Shown one piece after another: positions 12,460-24,009 of a DNA stretch of 64,000 nt. Under the pieces are notes generated by a model. It ran no database searches and was not told where the DNA came from. It saw nothing but the letters and a program-made list of their open reading frames with translations. A program made the position numbers and the translations under genes. Origin of the DNA: Squalus acanthias (Eukaryota). The stretch's first letter is position 1. Each line of letters begins with the position of its first letter. The stretch covers positions 37,264,001-37,328,000 of the forward strand of contig CM059432.1 of assembly GCA_030390025.1 (NCBI GenBank), given 5' to 3'.

Positions 12460-15400
12460 ATTTGGAAAGAAAAAGCTGCTTTGGTAAAAGTGACCATGAA
12501 GCTGTCAGATTGTCATAAAAACCCAACTGTTACACTGAAGCCCTTTTAGGAAACAAAACCTGTCTGTCCTATATGTGACTCCAGTCCCACACCAATGTGA
12601 TTGAATCTTAACTGCTCTCTGAAATGACATAGCGAGCCACTCAGTTGCATCAAACCGCTACAACAATTAAGATGAATAAAACCAGACAGACCTTCGGCTT
12701 CGACCCTGCAAAGTCCTCATTAACATCTGGGGGACTGGTGCCAAAGATGAGAGAGCTGTCCCACAGATTAGTCGATCGACAGCCTAACATATCATACTCA
12801 CCGAATCATACCTTTCTGCCAACATCACCATCCCTGGGTATGTCCTGACCCACCGGCAGGACAGACCCACCAGAGGTGGGGGCACAGTGGTATGCACTCA
12901 GGTGGGATTGGCCCTGGGAGTCCTCAACACTGGCTCCAGACCCCATGAAGTCTCTTGGCTTCAAGTCAAACATGGGCAAGGAAACCTCCTGCTGATTACC
13001 ACCTACTGCCCTCCTTCAGCTGGTAAAAACCACTTGGAGGAAGCACGGAGGATGGGAATAGCACAAAATTTAATCTGGGTGGGGGACTTCCATGTCCCTC
13101 ACCAAGAGTGGCTCGGTAGTACCACCACTGACTGAGCTGGCCGAGTCCTGAAGGACATAACTGCCAGACTGGGCTTGCGGCAGGTGGTGAGAGAACCAAC
13201 ACGAGGGAAAAACCTACTTGACATTGTCCTCACCAATCTACCTTTCACAGATGCACCTGTCCATTATAGTATTGGTGGGAGTGACCACCACATAGTCATT
13301 GTGGAGACTGGCGATTATTTTGGCTCAAGGGTGAATACAGGTGCTCAATGGATGCTGTGCTAATAAGACTCGTCTGTTTGAAAGTCTGGATTTAGCACAC
13401 AATTTTGGTCCTACTTGCTGATTACCATATTTTGAACTTGCCTGGAGGTGCTAAACCAGGCATCTGCAGGTTTAGTACTCAAGTGCTGATTAGACGCAAT
13501 TTTTGAGGAGCAGTATATGTGGGCTCCTCGCACCCACTTCCACTGTAGGTGTGGAGTGCTCTGGCTGGAACACAGTGGCATGTTGCAGGATGGCTCAGGG
13601 ACCAAGCGAGAAGGCACACAAGATCTCGGACGTGGCACTTGAAGTCCTGGTGGAGGAGGTCCAGAGGAGGAGGGATGCCCTGTACCCACGGGGGGAAGTA
13701 CGCCACCTCACCCTCCTGTCCCTCTCTTCTGCAGCAGCTGGTGTTGCTCTGCCTGGCCTCATGTCCTCCTTCTATTCCTCGTCCAAACCAAGGGGGACCC
13801 CTAGCAAGATGCCGATGACCAAGCACTCCCTTTCTCCTGATGACTGTCCAATAAGGTGGAGTAACACAGCCCTTACTCTGTTTAGGTGAAGTCCTCAGAG
13901 CATTTCCAGAATAAATTTTGCTGGAGTGTTGGTGACGTCTTGACAAAGTGTCCCAGAAACTCTCCCAATGTGTTTCAGTGTTCCTCTTCACAACTCCAGC
14001 AGCAAGTGAACATGAAATGGTGAGTTTCCCTTTAAGTAGCGCTTGAAATTTACATCAATGCCATGTTTACTCCCAAACAGCTGATCAATGTTAGGAGAGG
14101 GCATTAGGACAAGCGCTAACCACCAAGATGCCGTGCAGCCTCTTTAATGAGCGCTAGCAGGCATTTTAAGTGGCAATCAGCCCCTTAACGAGCCTCTGGG
14201 AAGCTGTTCCTAGTGCAGGCTTCAACTCCTTTACCAAGATGGCGTCTTATGCTAAACGCGGGCTAAACTGGCGTTGCAGCTTAAAACCCCAATTGCCACC
14301 TCAGAGGCTCCTTAGTGCCTAAAGTACATGGGGAAAATCGCCCACCAAGTCCCGTCTTCACACTGAGGACACCCTCCATCGTGTTGTGTGGCACTCGCAC
14401 CGTGCTAATTGGGATAGATTAAGAACAGATCTAGCAGCTCAAAACTGAGCATCCATGAGGCGCTGTGGGCCATTAGCAGCAGCAGAATTGTATTCCACCA
14501 CAATCTGTAACCTCATGGCCCGACATATCCCTCACTCCTCCATCACCATCAAGGCAGACAACCAACCTAACAAACACAGGAAGACATGCATGCTAAACAG
14601 TGGAAGCCGCATGCTATAGACAGAGCTCAGCAATCCCACAATGGATCAGATCAAAGCTCTGCAGTCCTGCTACATCCAGTCACGAATGGTGGTGGACAAT
14701 TAAACAACGAACAAATCAGGAGGCTCCATGAACTTCCCCATCCTCAACAATGGCGGAACCCAGCATGTGAGTGCGAATGACAAAGCTGATGTGTTAGCAA
14801 CCATCTTCAGCCAGAAGGGCCGAGTGGATGATCCTTCTCAGCCTCCTCTTGAGATCCTCACCATCATAGATGCCAGTCTCCAGCCAATTTGATTCACTCC
14901 ATGTGATATCAAGAAACAGCTGAGTGCATTGGACACAGCAAAGGTTGTATCCTGGCTGTAGTGCTGAAGACCTGCGCTGCAGAACTAGTCGCGCCTCTAG
15001 CCAAACGTTCCAGTACAGCTACAACACTGGCATCTACCTGACAATGTGGGAAATTGCCCAGGTATGTCCTGTCCACAAAAAGCAGGACAAATCCAAACCA
15101 GCCAGTTACTACCCCATCAGTCTACTCCCAATCATCAGCAAAGTGATGGAAGGACTCATCGACAGTGCTATTAAGCGGCACTTACTCACCAATACCTGCT
15201 CACCGATGCTTAGTTTGGGTTCCACCAGGACCACTCAGCTCCAGACCTCATTACAGCCTTAGTCCAAACATAGACAAAAGAGTTGAATTCCAGAGGTGAG
15301 GTGAGGGTGATCGCCCTTGACATCAAGGCAGCATTGGACCTATTGTGGCACCAAGGAGCCCAAATAAAACTGAAGTCAATATGGATCAGAAGTTCGCTAC

Positions 15401-16395
15401 AGGAGTTCCTCAGAACAGTGTCCTAGCCCCAATTATCTTCAGCTACTACATCAATGACCTTCCCTCTATCATAAAGTCAGAAGTAGGGCTGTTCGTTAAT
15501 GATTGTACTGTGTTCAGTTCCATTCGCAATTCCTTAGATAATGAGGCAGTCCATGCCCGCATGCAGCAAGACCTAGACAGCATCCAGGCTTGGGCTGATA
15601 AGTGGCAAGAAACATTCACACCACACAAGTGCCAGGCAATGACCATCTCCAACAGGAGAGATTCTAACCACCTCCCCATGATATTCAATGGCATTACCAT
15701 CACCGAATCCCCCACCATCAACATCCTGGGGGGTCACCCATTAACCAGGAACTCAACTGGACCAGCCTCATAAATACTGCGGCTACAAGAGCAGGTCAGA
15801 GGCTGGGTATTCTGTGGTGAGTGGCTTACTTCCTGACGCCCCAAATCCTTTCCACCATCTACAAGGTGCAAGTCAGGAGTGTGAATACTCTCCACTTGCC
15901 TGGATGAGTACAGCTCCAACAACACTCAAGAAGCTCGACACCATCCAGGACAAAGCAGCCCGCTTGATTGGCACCCCATCCACCACCTTAAACATTCACT
16001 CCCTCCACCACCAGCGTACCGTGGCTACAGTGTGTACCATCTACAGGATGCGCTGCAGCAACTCACCAAGGCTTCTTTGGCAGCACCTCCCAAACCCGCG
16101 ACCTCTTCCACCTAGAAGGACAAGAGCAGCAGGTGCATGGGAACACCACCACCTCCAAGTTTCCCTCCAAGTCACACACCATCCTGACTTGGACATATAT
16201 CACCGTTCCTTCATCGTCGCTGGGTCAAAATCTTGGAACTCCATAGCTAACAGCACTGTGGGAGTACCTTCACCTCACGGACTGCAGCGGTTCAAGAAGA
16301 AAGCCCAGCAACATTTTCTCATGGCTACGAGGGATGGGCAATAAATGCTGGCCTTGCTAGCAATGCCTATATCTCAAAAATAAGTTTTAATAAAA
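12460..16395 (+). mobile_element. LINE-B near full-length, decayed (5' region, AP endonuclease, RT, tail)
   Basis: EN motifs TTYCPP, VGDFHV, PTRGKNLLDIVLTN, SDHH; RT motifs YYPISLL, GVPQNSVL, FVNDCT; family tail. Confidence 0.88.
13310..14343. mobile_element. Non-autonomous Harbinger element with Myb/SANT N-terminal remnant, inserted in LINE-B
   Basis: Ends GGCGATTATTT / GAAAATCGCCC; ORF 13503..13889 includes KISDVALEVLVEEVQRRRDALYP; LINE-B sequence GTGGAGAC..CAAGTCCCG flanks it. Confidence 0.7.
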
Positions 16396-17480
16396 CATAA
16401 TAGAGATGGGAATAGAGGGATATGGCGGCCAGGTGGGAAGAGGTAATTAGAGTGGGAGGAGGCTCATGTGGAGTATAAACACCGGCATAGACCAGTTGGG
16501 CCTTAAGGACTGTTTCTGTGTTGTAGATTCTATGTAATTCTATCTGACATTAACTCGTCAGTGCATCCAATTTTGAACCCTCATGATTTTCTGTCCCCAG
16601 CAGCCTAAGTATGGAAAAGGAATTCCTTTTGCCTCTTGTACGATTTTTGCTGAATAATAAAATTCACATAAATGACTTGCAAATGGGGACAGGAACAAAA
16701 CTCTCCAAGTTTGCAGGCGACACCAAACTGGAAGAAACTAACAGAAGGACCTGGATAGGTTGGGACACTGAGCTGACAAGTGGCAGATGAACAGACAAGG
16801 TAGAATCGGTCAAATGACTTTTCTTGCGCAAGTTTCCCTGTGATCTTGTGGTGGTGAGTATGGGGGGGGGGCCTTCAGTCACTCTTGTAAACCTCCGCTT
16901 CAGTTCTCATTACCAGAGCAGGGGAGAGAACTGGAGAAAAAGAACAAGAGGGGAGGTCTCCTCCCCTCCACCCACCCCGCCACCTCCTGAGAAAATACCT
17001 TCCTCTTTCCAAGCAGTGATATCTTCTGTAACCTAGCAACAGCCGCAGCTGTCTGATCATTGTGATGTTTAGAATGTGGGCCTGGGGTTAATGAAAGAAA
17101 ATTGTAAATAATAATGCAATCATGTTTTATTAATTTTCAGGTTTTTGTCAGGTTAATTGGACAGTAACGAAGATCCAACAGGAACCCTTTGTGATATTTC
17201 CCACAAATAGCCGTCCATACCCATTAGATCTGTATTAAAACCATTGAGATAACGCTGCTTTATCTGGGTCAAATGCAGCTGCTGTGAGCAGTGAGCAGCA
17301 TCACTTGGCATTGGGTGGGGGAGGGGGCTTGTGTAACTGTTAATTTCAGGCTCAGGCACTGGGGTCTACAGGAATTTCACTATTGAAGAATTCTGAGGAT
17401 ATTTTACTGACCGTGTGCCTATTGTCGTAGCTTTTTTTTTGCAATATGTATTATTTTTCTTTCAACAGCAAGCACTTGGT

Positions 17481-17932
17481 GTTAGCAGTGGCTCAGTGGT
17501 AGCACTCACGCCTCTGAATCAGAAGGATATGGGTTTAAGTCCCACTCCAGAGATTTGAGCACATAATCTAGGCTGACACTCCAGTTCAGTACTGAGGGAG
17601 CGCTGCTCTGTCGGAGGTGCCATCTTTCAGATAAAACGTTAAACCGAGGCCCTGTCTGCCCTCTCAGGTGGACTTAAAAGATCGCATGGTACTATTCGAA
17701 GAAGAGCAAGGGGGTTCTCCCGGTGTCCTGGCCAATATTTAACCCTCAACCAATAACACTAAAACAGATTATCTGGTCACATTGCTGTATGTGGAAAGTT
17801 GCTGTATGCAAAATGGTTGCCATCTGTGTTTCTTACATTACAGTGATTACACTCCAAAAGTACTTCATTAGCTGCAAGCATTTTGGAATGTCCTGAGGTC
17901 ATAAAAAGCATTATATAAATGCAAGTCTTTCA
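17481..17932 (+). mobile_element. DeuSINE (SacSINE1-like) tRNA-derived SINE
   Basis: A box TGGCTCAGTGG, B box GGTTTAAGTCC, Deu-domain core (CGTTAAACCGAGGCCCTG..CAGGTGGAC.TAAAAGATC), tail TATATAAATGCAAGTCTTTC. Confidence 0.8.
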
Positions 17933-18089
17933 TTCAATTGACTGGGAGGAATCATAAAGCCCGACCATGTGAGGCAGCTAAACTAACACATACACAGGCG
18001 TTTGAAGCCAGATTGCAGAGGTCCCATACCTCAGAGATGATGATTATATTGGTGTTAATGTTAATTAATTCCTGGCATTACCGAGGATC

Positions 18090-18397
18090 AGTAGTTCTTT
18101 GTAGGGAATCCAGAACAAGGGGGCATAATCTTAAAATTAGAGCTAGGCCATTTCGGAGTGAAATCAGGAAGCACATTTTCACACAAAGCGTAGTGGAAAT
18201 TTGGAACCCGAAAAGGCAGTGGATGCTGAGACAATAAGAGTCCAGGGCTGAGGTCGATAGATTTTTGTTAGGTAAGGGTATCAAGAGATATGAATCAAAG
18301 GTGGGTAAATAGAGTTGAGGTACAGATCAGCCATGATCTATTAGAATGGCAGAACAGCCTCAAGGGGCTGAATGGCCTACTCCTGTTCCTATGTCCC
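18090..18397 (+). mobile_element. CR1 LINE 3' end
   Basis: ESRTRGHNLKIR..FTQSVVEIWN motif and CR1 3' UTR. Confidence 0.8.
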
Positions 18398-18404
18398 TAG
18401 TTTC

Positions 18405-18910
18405 ATCATAGAATCATAGAAATTTACGGCACAGAAGGAGGACATTCGGCCCATCATGTCTGTGCCAGCCAAAAAAGAGCCATCCAGCCTAATCCCACTT
18501 TCCAGCTTTTGGTTACGGCACTTCAAGTGCATGTCCAAGTACTTTTTAAATGTGATGAGGGATTCTGCCTCTACCACCCTTTCAGGTAGTGAGTTCCAGA
18601 TCCCCACCACCCTCTGGGTGAAATAATTTCTCCTCAACTCCCCTCTAATCCTTCTACCATTTACTTTAAATCTATGCCCCCTGGTTATTGACCTCTCTGC
18701 TAGGGGAAATAGGTCCTTCCTATCCACTCTATCTAAGCCCCTCATAATTTTATACACCTCAATTCAGTCTCCCCTCAGTCTCTTATCCAAGGAAAACAAC
18801 CCCAGTCTATCCAATCTTTCCTCATAGCTAAAATTCTCCAGTCCTGGCAACATCCTCGTAAACCTCCTGTGTACCCTCTGGTGACCAGAACTGTGTGCAG
18901 TACTCTAGTG
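18405..18910 (-). mobile_element. CR1 LINE 3' end, tail-to-tail with the preceding copy
   Basis: ORF 18389..18757 YKIMRGLDRV..TRGH..FTQRVV..WNSLP; ATTCTATG tail. Confidence 0.85.
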
Positions 18911-18985
18911 TATGGAATGGAAAAAAAACAATTTTTTGTTGGGGAAGGGGCAGAGTAGGTGGTGCAAGGAGTTAGACACTGACAA

Positions 18986-19443
18986 GGGGGCGATTTTAAC
19001 CCTACTCGCTCAGCAGAAACCTGGTGGGTGGGCAGTTAAAATCGCCCTGGCTCTTACCTGTCCGAAAGCCGCCATAATCGCAACATCTGCAATTTTAACC
19101 TGCTCTCCTGAGAAGGCAGCAAGGACACGGGCCCGGAGCCAACACGGTCCTTCTTTGCACATGCATGTTGCGGCCCGATGACATCATTGAGACCCGACTG
19201 TAATTTTAACTCTGGCCTGAGCGGGGAATCCACCTGAAGTTAAAATCGGGGCCTTGTCTGTGATTTAGGTTGAGTTAAAATCCCACCCGGGGTCGATTTT
19301 AACTGTACCCACCAGAGGGGAAACAGGCGGCAGTGGATCGACATTGTAGTCAATGGAAAGAAAAATCAGGTGGAAGGTTAAATAGGCGGCCGAGGCTCTG
19401 CTGCCAGTTTCCTGCCTCACAGAAGTAGTTCAAATCGAACCCA
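18986..19443. mobile_element. Harbinger-like MITE cluster with repeated ATTTTAAC/GTTAAAAT motifs
   Basis: GGGGGCGATTTTAAC..GTTAAAATCGCCC hairpin at 18986-19047, and a second unit GGGGTCGATTTTAAC..GTTCAAATCGAACCC at 19289-19443. Confidence 0.6.
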
Positions 19444-19539
19444 ATATATTGTTTAAGAGAGAAAGCAACATAAATAGCACAGTACCAGTACTATACAACT
19501 GAGTAATCTTGAACATAAAAGAACACTTGATGACTCACT

Positions 19540-19980
19540 TTTGTCTCTGTGCGTAGGATGAGCCTGTTTATTGGTAGCGCACAATATGTGGAATCTCCCT
19601 TCGATTTCGGAGAGTTTCAACTGCAAATCAGTCTCTATGTTCAAGCAGCTTCTATACTTGTTTTTGATGTAACTAAGTAATGAAAATCCCACTTTACGCA
19701 GGGATTGAGGCAAGAGGCATGACTTTCAAAGTATCTCTCAAAAATGGAGTTATGAGCAATGTCGGGAGTCACGATCATCATCAACCAACATCTCTTCTGG
19801 ACTCACGGCAATCTTGGCCTTTGTTACAAAGTCCTCTGGAAACAGATTTTGAACCCAGGCGAAATCCTGCAATTCATTTACCTCTCTTGTGTGAAAATAT
19901 TTGCTGAATTTTGTGCAAAGCTGAGACAAATGTTCAAGAATTGCATCTTTAACTTCAGGGACTAACATTTCACAGTCCGT
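19540..19980 (-). mobile_element. hAT (Charlie/Buster-type) transposase C-terminal remnant
   Basis: Frameshifted ORFs: ILEHLSQLCTKFSKYF..WVQNLF and VGFS..IKNKYRSCLNIETDLQLKLSEI..QAHPTH, a Buster/ZBED5-like C-terminus. Confidence 0.72.
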
Positions 19981-20689
19981 AATAGAAACATAGAAGATAG
20001 GAGCAGGAGTAGGCCATTCAGCCCCTCGAGCCTGCTCCGCCATTCAATGAGATCATGGCTGATCATCCAAATTCAGTACCCTGTCCCTGCTTTCTCCCCA
20101 TATCCCTTGATCCCTTTAGCTTTAATAACAGAAAACAATGTCAGGAATGTAATTACATTGTCAGATAGGCTTAAAGAGCTGGGTCTATTTACTTTAAAGC
20201 ATTGTAGATTTAGAGGCAACCTGATAGAGGTATAGAAAATAATGAAAGGGCTGGATTACATGTCTTTTGATAGATTATTTCAGTTTGACAGATTAGGGAG
20301 GATTGGGGACTTGAGTTTAAACAATGCAAAAGTAGGAATAGGCTAGATGTTGGCCGGTTCTTCTTTTCTCAGAGAGTAGAGAACCTCTGGAATGCGTTGT
20401 TGGTTTGTGCAGTGTGTGCTGACTCTGCATGCCTTCTAAAGGGAGCTGGACTGGTTCTTAGCTGGGGCGGATATTGCATCATACAGAAACTAACTGGATT
20501 AACAGTTAACGTACGCATGGTCAATGTGATGTCCTGGACTGGTTTCCATTGCCTGAGGGGTTCGGAATGGAATTTGCCAGGGTTTTTTTCCCCTCAGGTT
20601 TTTTGTCTCTCCCAGGAGATTAAATAGCTGTGGGGGTGGGGGGTGGGCGTGCGTAGGGAGTGTCTAGTCATGATACTCCAGGCATCACA

Positions 20690-22214
20690 TCATGGTTTTA
20701 TGAAAGGGAAGTCATGTTTGACAAATTTGCTGGAGTTCTTTGAGGATGTAACAAGCAGGGTGGATAAAGGGGAACCAGTAGATGTCGTGTATTTGGATTT
20801 CCAGAAGGCATTCGATAAGGTGCCACATAAAAGGTTACTACACAAGATAAGAGCTCACGGGGTTGGGGGTAATATATTAGCACGGATAGAGGATTGGCTA
20901 ACTAACAGAAAACAGAGAGTCGGGATAAATGGGTCATTTTCAGGTTGGCAAACGGTAACTAGTGGGGTGCCGCAGGGATCAGTGCTGGGGCCTCAACTAT
21001 TTACAATCTATATTAATGACTTGGATGAAGGGACTGAGTGTAATGTAGCCTAATTTGCTGATGATACAAAGATAGGTGTGAAAGCAAATTGTGTGGAGGA
21101 CACAAAGAATCTCCAAAGGGATATAGATAGGCTAAGTGAGTGGGCAAAAATCTGGCAGATGGAGTTTAATGTGGGAAAATGCGAGGTTATCCACTTTGGT
21201 AGGAAAAATAAAAAAGCAAATTGACGTAATAAAGACTCACTACGCACTTGAACATAAAGCAAGGCTTTAATCAACTTGTAACAAAACATGGAGGTCTAGT
21301 TAGCAGTCACTAGCTTCCTGTTTCCAGATTGTCTCTGCCCAAGGTGGGCCCATGCCTGAGTATTTATACTCCCTGGACGGCGCCCCAGCTGGCCGCCCAG
21401 TAGTACTTCCTGAGTTGCTACTTGCGATTTATGACACAAATTATTATTTAAATGGGGCGAGATTACAAAATGCTGAGGTACAGAGGGATCTGGGGGTCCT
21501 TGTACATGAATCACAAAAAGTTAGCATGCAGGTACAGCAAGTAATTAGGAAGGCAAATGAAATGTTGGCCTTTATTGCAAAGGGAATGGAGTATAAAAGT
21601 AGGGAAGTCCTGTTACAACTGTACAGGGCGTTGGTGAGACCACACCTGGAGTACTGCGTACAGTTTTGGTCTCCTTAATTAAGGAAGGATATACTTGCAT
21701 TGGAGGCAGTTCAGAGAAGGTTCACGAGGTTGATTCCGGAGATGAGGGGGTTGTCTTATGAAGAAAGGTTGAGTGGGTTGGGCCTATACTCATTGGAGTT
21801 TAGAAGAATGAGAGGTGATCTTATTGAAACATATAAGATTCTGAAGGGGCTTGACAGGGTAGATGCAGAGAGGATGTTTCCTCTCGTGGGGGAATCTAGA
21901 ACAAGGGGACATAATTTCAGAATAAGGGGAAACCCTTTTAAATCGGAAATGAGGAGGAATTTCTTCTCTCAGAGGGTTGTGAATCTTTGGAATTCTCTTC
22001 CCCAGAGAGCTGTGGAGGCTGGGTCATTGAATATATTTAAGGTGGAGATAGACAGATTTTTGAATGGTAAGGGAGTCAAGGGTTATGGGGAATGGGCAGG
22101 GAAGTGGAGTTGAGGCCAAGATCGGATCAGCCATGATCTTATTGAATGGCGGAGCAGGCTCGAGGGGCCACATGACCTACTCCTGCTCCTACGTCTTTTA
22201 TCTTATGTTCTTAT
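20690..22214 (+). mobile_element. CR1 LINE 3' half (RT), interrupted by a solo LTR
   Basis: [44 protein letters not shown] and RTRGH motifs; CR1 tail. Confidence 0.92.
21222..21436 (-). mobile_element. Short solo LTR (215 bp)
   Basis: TG...CA termini, perfect 5 bp TSD CAAAT (21217-21221 / 21437-21441); on the minus strand TATAAATA (21361-21368) lies upstream of ATTAAA (21266-21271). Confidence 0.72.
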
Positions 22215-24009
22215 AGGGGGGTAAAAAAGGAGGGGGGGGTCGCAGTATTGATTAAAGAAACAATTACAGCTGTGAGGAGGGATGATATGTCAGAAGGATC
22301 ATCAAATGAGGCCATATGGGTTGAATTGAAGAACAAAAAAGGGGCGATCACACTGCTGGGAGTGTACTATAGACCCTCAAACAGTCAGAGGGAGATAGAT
22401 GGGCAAATATGTAGGCAAATTTCTGAGAAGTGCAAAAGCTATAGGGCATTAACAGTAGGGGATTTCAACTACCCTAATATAAACTGGGATAAAATTAGTG
22501 TGAAGGGTATAGAGGGTGCAGAATCCCTAAAATGCATTCAGGAGAACTTTTTTAGCCAGTATGTAACAAGCTCAACAAGGGAGGGGGTGGTTCTGGACTT
22601 AGTTTTATGGAATGAAGCTGGACAGCTGGAAGGGGTATCAGTGGGAGAGCATTTTGGTGCTAGTGATCATAATTCAGTTAGATTTAGGGTAGTTATGGAA
22701 AAGGACAAAGATAGATCAGGAATAAAAGTTCTCAATTGGGGAAAAGCCAATTTTGCTAAGCTGAGATGGAACTTAGCCAAAGTGGACTGGAAACAGCTAC
22801 TTGAAGGTAAATCAGTGTCAGAGCAGTGGGAGGCATTCAAGGAGGAGATCCTGAGGGTTCAGAGCAAGTATGTTCCCTTAAAGAAAAAGGGTGGGACTAA
22901 CAAATCTAGAGTCCCCTGGATGTCAAGGGACATACAGGGTAGGATAAAGAAAAAAAGGGAGGCTTATGACAGATATCGAGGGCTCAATACTGCAGAAACT
23001 CTAGAGGAGTATAGAAAGTGCAGGGGTGCAATTAAAAAGGAAATTAGGAAAGCAAAGAGAGAGCATGAAAAAATGTTGGCAAGTAAAATCAAGGAAAACC
23101 CAAAGATGTTTTATAATTTACATACATAATTATGTATTTACATACATAATTTTAAATACATTAAGAGCAAGAGGAAAACTAAAGAAAGAGTAGGGCCTAT
23201 TAGAGACCATAAAGATAACCTGTGTGTGGAGGGGGAAGACGTAGGCATGGTTCTTAATGAATATTTTGCATCTGTTTTCACAAAAGAGAGGGACGATGCA
23301 GACATTGCAATCAGGGAGGAGGAGTGTGAAATATTAGATGAAATAAACATCGTGAGAGAGGAAATATTAAGGGGTTTAGCAGCTTTGAAAGTGCATAAAT
23401 CTCCAGGCCCGGATGAAATGTATCCCAGACTGTTAAGAGAAGCAAAAGAAGAAATAGCAGAGGCTCTGACCATCATTTTCCAATCCTGTCTGGCTACAGG
23501 TGTGGTGCTGGAGGACTGCTAACGTTGTACCTTTGTTTAAAAAGGGAGAAAGGAATAGACTGAGAAATTACAGGCCAGTCAACCTAATCTCGGTGGTGGG
23601 AAAATTATTGGAAAAAGTTCTGAGGGACAGGATAAATCTTCATTTAGAAAGACACGGATTAATCAAGGGCAGTCAGCATGGATTTGTTAAGGGAAGGTCG
23701 TGTCTAACTAACTTGATTGAATTTTTTGAGGGGGTAACAAGGAGGGTCGATGACGGTAGTGCATTTGATGTAGTGTATATGGATTTAAGCAAGGCTTTTG
23801 GTAAGGTCCCACATGGCAGACTGGTCACGAAAGTGAAAGCCCATGGGATCCAGGGCAAAGTGGCAAGTTGGATCCAAAATTTGCTCAGAGGTAGGAAGCA
23901 AAGGGTAATGGTTGATGGGTGTTTTTGTGACTGGAAGGCTGTTTCCCGTGGAGTTCCGCAGGGCTCAGTACTAGGTCCCTTGCTTTTTGTGGTATATATC
24001 AATAATTTA

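Noticed and set aside
17481..17560. tRNA gene (also at 29399, 40346 and 11128)
   Set aside because: Degenerate A/B boxes continue into SINE body and tail; no complete cloverleaf.
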